Virus record (IMG/VR): IMGVR_UViG_3300020450_000030
Coordinates: 1 to 55,732 of that record
Length of the DNA: 55,732 nt
From: a virus
Lineage: Duplodnaviria; Caudoviricetes
Reading direction: 5' to 3' (one strand)
Under the pieces are notes generated by a model that worked only from the letters and a program-made list of their open reading frames with translations, ran no database searches and was not told the origin of the DNA. The translations under genes were made by a program, and so were the position numbers. Of this stretch, positions 30,701 to 42,700 are shown one piece after another (position 1 is the stretch's first letter; each line of letters begins with the position of its first letter).

Positions 30701-33700
30701 CATTATTAGGTGTGTACTGGTTGCTTACAACTCCAGACAATGTATGAGAAGTTGTATTTGAAGGTGTATATCCATCAAGAGCATTGATAGTTATAGTTGT
30801 ACCTGATACTGCATCAATAGGAACTGCCTGAGCAACTAGAGGATCACCTTCTATAATTCCACCTTTAATAGCGGATACAAATGTATGAGTTGTTGTATTT
30901 GTAGAAGGAATCTTATCAAGAACATTGACTGTAAATGTTGTTGTAGTTGGAACAGATGCTACAAATAACCATCTATCACTTGCATAGTCTGTAGATCTTG
31001 GATATGGATGAAGTGTAGCATTATTATCTTCAGCACATGTGAATGTTAGAGATCCATCTTGGAACATAATTGGTGAACCAGTTCTTAATCCATGTGCATT
31101 TGCAGTTGTCACTGTCATGACACCAGTCACAGGATTGTAAGATGTACCAGTTGTTGCAGTATGTCTATCTTGCTCAGGTCTAGGATATAGATGTTCTGTA
31201 GCATTACTATCTTGAGTACATGTAAAGATTAGAGAATTAGGTGCCAACTTAATAGTTGAGTTTGCTTTACTTACACCACCAGATGTTGCACTTACAAATG
31301 TATGAGCAGTGACATTTGTTGATGGAATATTGTCTAATACTTGAACATCAAATGTGTTTGTTGTGACATTAGAAATAGGAATCCACTTATTACTTACAGC
31401 ATCAGTTGATCTTGGATATGTGTGGTTTGTATTATTACCATCTTGTGCACAAGTAAATGTTAGTGAATTATCAGCAATCTTAATTTTCTCACCGTTAGAG
31501 AAGTTATGACCTGCAATAGTCAATGTCATGATACCTGTTGAAGGTACATAGTTTGCATTTGTGACTGTATGGGTTGTTGGAGCAGGAAGACTATGATTTC
31601 CAATAGTTAACTCAAGTGCACCTGTGGTAGCATTATATGTTCCTCCAGTAGGTGTGTAAGCGACTGTTGGTGATTTACCAATATTAACTGTAATTGTATT
31701 ATTTCTCTTAGCAATACCATTTTCAAGAGCAGATAAGAATGTATGAACATATTGATCTTTAAGTGCACCAATACCAACATTAACTGTAATTGTATCATCA
31801 GTTTTAGCAGTAATTCTTAACCATCTTTGTGCAGCAGGATCAGTTGCTCTAGGATATGAATGAGTTGTTTTATTTCCATCCTTAGTGCATGTAAATGTTA
31901 GAGAATTTAATTCAATTCTAACTTCATCATCTGTTGTCAATCCATGACTAGGAATAGTGATAACCATATCACCTGTAGTCTGATCGTAAATTGCATTAGT
32001 TGCAGTTAGATTTGTACCATTAGTCCAGATTGGAAGCGATGTATTATAACCAGGATCATCAGTTCTTGGATATGAGTGTATAGTTCTAAAGTTATCTTGT
32101 GAGCATGTAAATGATACTGCATCTTTGGAAAGTCTGAGTGTCTCTCCAGAACGAACCATAGAATTAGGTAATGCATACTGGAATGTATGAGTTGTAGTAT
32201 TACTTGAAGTACCTACATTTACATCAAATGTATTTGTAGTGACATTGCTTATTGCTAACCACTTATTATAGTAAGGATCAGTAAGTCTAGGATATGGGTG
32301 ATCTGTAGCGTTGCTATCTTGTGCACATGTAAAGACTAATGAATATACATCAAACATCACTCTATCACCAACATAGAATCCGTGATTAGCAATAGTAATT
32401 GTCATCACACCTGTTGATGGATTGTAAGCAGCTCCTTCTGGAGTGTACTTCCAAGCAGTTCTTAAATCATTATCACCAATATTCATGGTCATGAATCCAG
32501 TCTGACCATCGTAGGTAGCATCAAGGATTGTGTAATTTACAGTTGGTGATTTACCAACATTAATACTAAAGTTATTAGCATCAATTCTAGTGACTTCCAT
32601 CCAACCTTGTGCAGCAGGATCATCAGGACGAGGGTAAGATTGTGATACTGTATTGCCATCTGATGTACATGTCATGGTAATAGAGTTTGGTTTCAACTTG
32701 ATTCTATCACCAGTCTGAAGATTATGACCATTAGATGTAATTGTTAAAACACCAGTAGTAGCAGTGTATCCTGCGTCTGTTGCAGTAATTTCACGAGGTG
32801 AAAGTAAATTATGACTATTGCTAGTAATAACCATATCACCAGTTGCAGCATTGTATGTTGCACCTGTAGGAGTGAAGTTTACGGCAGTTGGATAATCAGA
32901 ATCTTTTAAAGTTCCATCATATATTTGTACAAATGAATGACTTGTATCTTGAATATCCCAAGGAACATTATTAATAACAAACTTAGATATTTTTTCTACA
33001 ATTTCAGTTGCAAATATTTCTTGTGGTACATCGTCTTCGATAGTTCCTGTTTGTATTGATACAGGATTTGTTGTTCTATTAACATAACTTGCAGCAGTGT
33101 TCCAAATATGACTATTACTACCATTACGAAGGTCATCTATTAATGCCTGTATAAGAACTTCAAGTCTTGCTAATTGAACACTATCTCCACCTTTTACAGT
33201 ATGAGCAGGATATACCTGTTTCATAATGTATAATGATTCTGCTTTTATAAGTTCTTTGTTTATTAATATATGATCCGCAGCGTTTAAGTATCTGTGTGTT
33301 CTACCAACAAATCCAGCTGGTGCACCAGTTGTACGAGAGGTTGCTAATATTGAATCATTATTAAACTCATCTCCGATAGCAGGAGTGACAAAACCAGACC
33401 AATCTTCAGTATATGTTTGACCGTTAGAACCATCAAAATGAACTAATAATTTAGAGTTTGTATCACCTTGATGTATTCCAGTTGCAACATTAAATGCTGA
33501 TGTATAACGGTTTGTAGTAGAAACTCTTAATTCATCAATGTATCCTTCAAATTCATTAGAGCCTGCATAATCCGCACCAACTCTAATTGGTTTAGCAGCA
33601 AAGTTGCTACTATCAGTTCCAGTTCCTACCTCAGCACCATTTAACCAAAGTTTAGTAGTTGTAGAAGATCTAACAATTGCTAGATGATACCATGTATTGT

Positions 33701-36700
33701 TATTAACAGTTGTGGCACCTGATGTGACAAGATCTGATCCATTTACATTATAACGAATTTGAGCTGCTTCTAGATATACTCTAACAGCAACCTCAGTTGC
33801 ATTTTCTCTTTGATCAAGTAAAGTTGCAGTTCCAGAAATAGCACCAGAACCAGGATTAAACCAGAACTCTAAAGTAAATGCATTAGTTCCCCAAGCAAAC
33901 TCACTAGAAGATGCAATATTTACATAATCACCTGTACCGTCTAACAATAGAGATGAATTACCAAACTTAGAACCTGCTGTGCTAATTTGTGCATTACCTG
34001 CAAATGTTATTGCATGAATATCTTGACCATTATATTGACATCTACCGATCTTACCAAGATAGACTGTTTTTCTTGCCTGACTATAACCAACAACTTCTGC
34101 TTTAGTTCCTTCACCTTCTAATACAGAACCAATTCTAATAGTTTGACCTGCTACAAAGAATCCTGTTCCTTTCTGATTTTTGAATGTTAATTTACGTATC
34201 TTAGCATCTTCTGCTGAATTAAAATCTCCATTAGCATTACCATATTCTATCTTGTAATTTCTAATATCCTCATTCTCTGCTAAATCACCACTAGCATTAT
34301 CATAAGGAATTACATAATTATTAATTTGTTCAGTAGAAGGGAAGTTCTCATTGAATGGAGTATTGTTGTCTGTGAAATCAACAATGTTGACTTGAGAGTT
34401 AGCAATATTATCAAGAACTACGTTTGGATATGTCTGTGATGTAATTCTGTTGAATAGTAAACCAAAGAATGATGATCCTGGTGATATATCAACCTGACCA
34501 ATAAACTCATTAGTTGTAGGATCTTGATATACACTAGATGCAGTGACCTGTGCTACAACACCAGACTGTGCAGCAATAATATAATCATTAAGTTGAATAT
34601 CAAATAGACCTGGTGTAGATTGATATGTACCTGCAGTTTTACTTAGTGTTAATTGATTTGTGACAGATATGTCAGTTCCATATACAGGAACATTTTCTTG
34701 ATGTGATACTGCAGTGGTACCATTCTGTGCTCTGGTCACAGTCAATGTTGTAGAATTAGTATTCTGTGTAATAACATTAACTTTTACAATCTCAGATCCA
34801 AACTGATAATTAACACCTGCTGTAAATGTTCCAGCTGGAACTACCTCATCAGCAGCACTGTTATCGGTTTGATATTTTACAACTTCTATAGATGTAGTAG
34901 AAAGACCAATAGTATAACGAAGTTGAGCAAGAGGTGTTTCTTGACCTGTCTGTAAGTTGACTTGTTCAACTCTTGCAGTATCACCCTCAAAGTTAGTGAC
35001 TGTTTCACCAAATATGAATAAACCACCACTCTGAACACCACCACTGACACTATAAGTTGTACCTGAGAATGATGCTCCACCAGCTAGTGTAGCAGTTATA
35101 ATTTCGTTAGTTTGGAATTGTCCTGCGGTCACAGTTCCACTAATAACAACACCAACCACATTTGTAAGTGTTAATGTAGCACCAGAGGTTGCACCTGTAA
35201 ATACTGTACCTGCAGTGACATCAGCAGTATCAGGGAAATTGCCAGTAGTAATATTTTGAATACCAACATCAACAGTTCTAGTTGCGATGTTAGCAGAGAA
35301 TCCAGTAGCACTAACTGTACATAACTCACCACCACCGCCTGCTGCTGTGGGTAGTAAGAAGTTTCCTTGAGTTATAAAACCAGTAACAGTATTACCAGTG
35401 ACTTTGGTCACTGTTAAACGAGCATTAGTTGAAGTACCTACAACGACATTACCAACACGAGGGAAAATACCACTAATATTAGTAAATTCTAAATCAACAG
35501 TTGGTATAAGATTAATAGTGACATTTACATATTTGACACTAGCAGGTGGTTGTGGTGGTTCAACAAATACTATAGAATCCTGTTGAATTGAAAATGCAGT
35601 GCCAGGTGTTTGTACAACACCATTAAGTACAATCATCAACTGATTTGCGTTAGCAACAATATTGGTTTGATCAACTTGTAATGGGAATGAAGTTCTCTCA
35701 CCATCAAATAGATTTGATATATCATCAATTCTTTGTACAACAGATGTTAAAATATTCTCAGAAGAAGTTAATCGTTTCTGTCTGAATAATACCTCAGTAT
35801 TATTGAATGCAGTATAAACAGGTTCTACAAGAGCAAAGTTTTGTATATTAGGAACTATCGCTTCTTGTGCTAATTCAACAGATTTAGTTAAAGAGAAGAA
35901 TGTTTCTTTGTTAGGAATAAATCCATACTCATTTAAGTTAAGTTCACCAAATACTTTGAATGATGCAGGGTGAACGTTCTTAATAAGAATCTCTTTCCAT
36001 TCACTGATAGAAGTAGAAGATTTAACAGCATAAGAGAAGTCCTGATAATAGTAAGAGTCTTGAATCTTCTGAATAATCTCAGATGGTTTACCAACGTCAT
36101 CAATAAACTGACCAGTGGTTTTAGTGATAGAACCAATCTCAAGAACACCACGAGCAATTTTAAGATCAGTTATAATACCAGAAGACTTAGATATAACACC
36201 AGTAATTCTTGAATTTGCAGAAAATTCTCCAGTGTAATCAACAATCTTAAGAATTCTAGGTCCTACTTGCCAACCAGAGTTAGTAGATACAAATCCTTGA
36301 GCAGTTGCAGTCGCAAGAGAATCACCTTGATATACAAGTTCTCCTTCTAAGAAAGTAGAAGTAATAACATTCGCTTCAGCAGCACCACCAAATGATTCAG
36401 TTAATACTTGTTGACGACCTGTACCTGCGTTAGAGAATGATAAAGCATCACCGAGTTCAGCGTTAGTAGCAGTGATAGCAAGTTTTAATTGATCATCTTC
36501 TAATGAGTTTGCAGTACCTGCAATAGCATAGTATGTTGTATTACCATTCAATCTACCAACCGCACCTGCAGATAATGGGAACTCAGCACCATCACCAGTA
36601 TCAACTACATTTAATGTGACTGCAGCACCATTTTGAATACCATGTGGGAAAGCAAATTGTAGTAATCCTAAGTCAAGGTTTACAACATAGTTAAATGAAG

Positions 36701-39700
36701 ATCTTAAATTTACTGCGGGAGTAGAAGAATATCCTGCACCAGGATCCTTAACTATAATTACATCTAATCTACCATTTTTGATAGTTGCTTCAGCAATAGC
36801 ACCACTACCACCACCTCCAGTGACTACAACAGCAGGTGCTTGTGAATATCCAGTACCTGGGTCTGTAATAGTAATACTATCAAGTATGCTTGTAGAAGTA
36901 AGCTGTGCGTTTATTGGGAATGATATCTCAGGGCGTAGTGTATAATCATGTGGATAATCATAACCAAAGTTATTGTTCTTAAGTTTCTTAATTTTACCAA
37001 CATTAGCACCTTTAGTAAATACAGATGCTCCTGTACCTGCTGATGGTATAACAACTACTAATTCAGCACCTGATCCAGTCAATCCAGATCCAAGAATGCC
37101 AGGTATAGCATTGATATCAATAATTGCTGTGGTATAATTTTTACCTGGTGATGTGACAACTACATTACTGATTTGACCAGGAATTGTTGATCCTTGTGCA
37201 TCAGTGCCATCAGCAACTGTAATTTGTACAAATCCACCTTCACCATCACCACTAATAGGAACGCCATTGTATGTTCCAACAGCGTATTCAGTACCTGGTG
37301 CATTTATTTGTACTCTCTCAATTTGTCTGCTTGATGTAATACCACTAACAATGGGTAATTTAGTATAGAAACCACCAGGATTAACAATACGAACATCACC
37401 AATTGCACCAACCGCTTTTAGAGAACTGGTTTGGTAAGATGCTTGTGATATAGTTGCAGCACCCTCTGGTTCGTTTGCAAGTGGGAATTTAAGTATATCA
37501 GCACCTTTAGTAATAGTAGCACCTGCAACAGAACTAATTTCAAATGTTCCGTTATATGGAGAATCTACAACATCGAGATAACTTCCTGCTACAACAGGAG
37601 AATCATTACCTGTTCTTGATGGATCAAAGTAGTATGATATGTTTGTTACTATATCTCTATCAACTTTAAGTTTTACTGTAGGAGTTGGTTGTCCACCGCC
37701 AGTCACACCAGGTGTACCTACTCTCTCTATAGAGTTAAATGAATATTCTAGTTTGTATAGATTATCTTTTGCAAATGATAAGTTTCCACCTGCCATAGAT
37801 GAATGACTTAGATCAAACAGATATTGATGACCATAATACATCTTCAATGTAGGTGATTTAATAAAGACACTTACAGCAGATGCACTTGTAGCAGGAGCAG
37901 TCAAAGCATTTGATTTTAATTTATATGTAAATTCAAGAGGACTAACAACTCTCTCTACAGCAAATGCACCATCATATTCATCATATACAACACCACTAAG
38001 AGTTTGTGATGGATTACCATCAATGTAAACCATATCACCCTTATCTAAGTAATGACTTGTATCTGTAATTACATAAACCTCATCACTATTTGCTACAGCA
38101 GTTGCTTGAAGAATCTTAGTTAGATTTGCAACTAAAGTGATTTTAAGAACACCTGTTAATCCACTAATTGTTGCTTGTGAATAATCAGCATTAAATGATA
38201 TATTTCCTGCACCTATAGTGACCACAGATCCAACAATGTATGCTGATGATCCAGAAACTTGATCTATTCTTACTGAGTAATCAGCATCAGCGTATGGTTT
38301 GAACGTTGCAAATGAATCAAGATTACCTGTGCAAGAATTAATACTAAACTTAGCATCTCCATTACCACCACTTACTACAACTTCATCTCCAACTAGATAT
38401 CCACTACCTGCAGCATTACCAATTTGAATTGATTGTATAACACCACCAGATGCAGTATAGTTGACGATTAATCCAGTTGCTTCACCATTAGTTGTGGTTG
38501 TAGGAATACTATCACCAGAATTAGGATAACCAGTTCCTGCTGCAGTTAAAGAAATAGTTGCAGGAATATCAGCGATTGTACCATCTAAATCAAAACTATC
38601 CAAATTGATAATAAATGTGCCAGGTGTTTGATTATTGATCTCTGCAAATGTATAATTGCTTATCTCATTAATGTCATTAGGAATATCACCAGTAATACCA
38701 TAATTACTTTGCTCATTAAATTGCTCTGTAGATAACTGACCAGTGGTTAGATCATTACTCCAAGCATTATTATTAACTGCCAAGTATAATTTATTGTTTG
38801 CATCGTCCTTTCTAATAATATAACCACTATTGACAAATTGTCCAGAGTCATTCTTTAATACTAATTTAGAACCAACAGAGAAGTTAAATGCTTGATTGAT
38901 AGTCAATTCTTGTACGTTATCAATCTTAACTGTAGGTGTGACTTTGAAGTAATATCTATCTTTAACAACTGCAGTGACTTGTAGTTTTTGTGAACCTGGT
39001 GAAGGAACAGTAGCAGTTCTAGAACTCCAAATATCTTGAACATGAGTTATAGTCTCAGTGTCCTCAGACATAGTTGTTGTACTATCATCAAAGTCTAATG
39101 ACTGATAACCTGCATCTCCAAGAGGATAACCATTTATATTAATTGTAAGAGGTGAACCAGTGACAGGTGATACAGCAGTTCTTACAAAACTTACACCACT
39201 ATTAGGTTTCTTACCTTGATCTCCTAATCTTACTGCATCAGCATTTTTATCACTCTTAAGACCAAATCCTGCATAATCAATATAATCATAACGACTCATA
39301 TGATCAGTAAACCAAGCATCATCAACCCAATCAATTGTAAGACCATATGCACCTGCAGTAGGTAGTGCAAGAATATCACTAGGAACTGTTGGTGTGACTG
39401 CTCTATTTCTTAAACGTAAGTGATCTATATGGAATTGACCTTGTTCATTAGATCTAAACTGACCTAATGTACCATTCGCACCAGGAATATTACCAATGTA
39501 TAGATCTTTAGCACCTAATGATGTTCCTGATATAGTACCAGTAAGAACTTCAATTCCATTTACATATGCCTTAAATGTATCACCACTCTTAGTGACTGCT
39601 ATTGCTTGCCATGTATTATCAGCATATAAGTTTGTTTGTGATGATGTTAAAGAACTACCTGCAGAGTTGATACTTGTTGTACTATTAGTAATAGTCATGG

Positions 39701-42700
39701 ACAAAGGACCACTCGGACCTGCAGAACTCTGATCATAGTATAAATGTAGTCCACCAGTAGATACTGATGCATCACCTATAGCAAAAAGTGTCTCTTTAGG
39801 CTGAGAGAATACATTGCTGTTTGTAGCATCCTTGAATATAAAGAATTCTAGAGTCCAATCACCTGCAAGTTTCTGTCCTAAATCTGTACCTGCAAATTTT
39901 ATGTTAGTATTAGTCCAAACACTTGGTGCTGCTGTTGTGGCACCCAATATCTTACCCCATCCACCAGAAGTATCATAACTGAAAGAATCACTTGTGCTTG
40001 TAAGAGAAGCAGTATAATGACCTGTAGTATCTGTAAGTGCACTACCTGTAAATGGTATAACAAACTCATTTCTATTCCAGAAAGTTTGTCCAAATACATG
40101 AACATCGCCAGATGTATCAACATCTAATGAATGTGCTTGTAAACCTTCTATATTATCAGCATCGAATTCTGTAGTAGTATGATTTTTGATTGTACCATCA
40201 TATCCAATTTTAAGAACATCAAGAGTTTTATATTCATTAGTATTATTATCTCTAGTGAATGCGATGTTTAAATCACCAAATAAATCAATAGCAGACTTAC
40301 CTGCAGAAGTCACATCTCTACCTGGTGTCAAATAACGATAGTTCCAAAGTAATGCACCTGTACTATCAATTTTACCTACCCATATGCTATCTCTATCAGT
40401 ATCGTTTGCCTTCTGTCTACAAGTAGCATTGATATAGATCTCATTAAACTCATCAATTGCAATGCTAGTGTTTATCATAGAGTGTAAAGAACTAGCGTAA
40501 GTATTAATCCACTCAACAGTAATAGCATTGATTCCAATTTGACATTTACCAACAGCAACGTCTACATCTGGAGAACCAACTGTTGATGCAGTTTCCATAC
40601 AGAAATAAACATCAGAACCATTACATATGATATCAGTAATTCTTTCAGATTTATTTGCAGAGGCAAATTTTCTCTTAATTGCAAAATTACCAGATGTATC
40701 AATAGATGCTATAAATGCATCATCAGGATTTGCTGAGTTTGTATTGGTATATCCACCAATTAGATAACGAGTATCGCTATATTTTTTAATTATTGAGATA
40801 TTATCAGCACGAGTACCACCAGATATACCTGCATATGCTTTTTGGAAGGCAAGTGTAGCACTTAAACCATTTGCTGCCTGTGTGTACTTACAAAGTATTA
40901 TATCAGGGTTATATGCATTAAGAATACTGGTGTTTGGTTTATTAATACCAACAACCCATATATCATTACCATCTACGAATAGAGAATTAAATTCAGCGTA
41001 GTTTAACCCACTAGAGAGTTCAAGAGTTTTTGACCATTCTTTAACACCAGTTGCTGATAATTTAGAGACGAATGCGACAACGTTTCCGCTTGCATCTTTT
41101 GTTTTACCACAGATGAATACTTCCTTATTAGTGTTGACTTTAACATCATTGACTTTAACATAATCATTATTATTAATGAACGATAGGTAATAATCTGCCT
41201 TTTTGAAGATTTGAGGATGAGATAATATAACACGTGGATTTGTTGCATATCCAGAACCAGAGTTTATAATACTAACAGTATCAATAGAACCTACACTTGA
41301 TACAACTGCTTGTAATTCACCATCTTTACCAGTTCCACTATCAATAATAATAGTAGGAGGAATATCTGAACTATATCCAGAACCAGTTTGTGTGATCTGT
41401 ATTTCTTCTATACCTCTATATTGACGAACAGTAAATTGTTTATTTGTATTGTCCATCACAGGAGTATAGTCAACAAATATACTATCACCTGCAGATAAGT
41501 TATGAGGATTAGAAGTTGTTAGAACACCAAAGTTATTTCCACTTATACTTTCAAAGGTATATGCAGATACTGATTCTCCTCTAATACGAGAAACACGTGC
41601 AGAAGCACCATCACCACCAGTTCCTGCATTATCAAAGACTAATCTATCATTTACCTGATAAGATGTACCTGCGTTTTCAATAGTGAATCCAGTGACGTTA
41701 GCATCTTCAAATTTGTTAGTTGTTTCTACTTCAATATCAACTTTTGAGTCAAATCTAACTTTAGGGAAGTAATCAAATAGTTGTAGAGGTGATTCTTCAA
41801 ACAATTGTCCTAGATTAGGTAATGATTGTTCTTCAGCATCTATCTGTCCGTCTCTATTAGTGTCTTCTGGATCAAAGAGTAGTATTTCACCGTTCTCAGT
41901 TGTTAAGGCGTTTGTAGAGGCATTTGGTGCTCTCTCAACATCAATATCAACATTCTCATATGGATCACGATATCTTACGACACCTTCTGGAATATTTTGC
42001 TGTACAGCACTTGTGCTTAAATTCCAACTATCAACAACAGAGTTGAAACTAGGACCTAAGACATAAGGGAATTCTGGATTACCTGCCTCTGTAGCATCAA
42101 TAGTCACAAAATAACAATATCTACCTGTGGGGTAGTCAGGTGTCTTACAGAATCTACCATTGTATTGATCCAAATCACCAAGGTTGAAGACGTATTCATA
42201 ATCCTCAACAAAATTACCTGCTGCTTCATTAGAAAGCAAAGGACCTGCAGTTCTTACGGGAGTTGGATTAGTTTCACTTTGTACAAGAGCAGTTTTTAGT
42301 CTATATGAAGTTCTTAGTCTTGTAATCTCAGATGATTGATTAGTAGGGTCTGTATATCCATAAGGACCGTAAATTGGGTTTCCATCAAATGCCCAACCAA
42401 TAATAGGAGAGTGTGCTAACTGTGTTTCCTGTTCAGTTATAGTTCCTACAGTTGCTTCTTGTAAGTTATCACCAAGAATGAAACGTAATTTTTGTGGGTT
42501 TGATATGTGAGCATACTCACCGCCATACTGATTATTATATCCTTCAAATACTCCACCCTTAGCAGCGTCTAGTATAGATGTTGCTTGTAAGTTATATGTC
42601 CACTGGAATACTGAAGGTGTAAATATTGCACCCTGACCAACAGAGGTCATATTGATAAGTGTAGTTCCTTGAACATACTCAATACCACGGTTGATAATAG

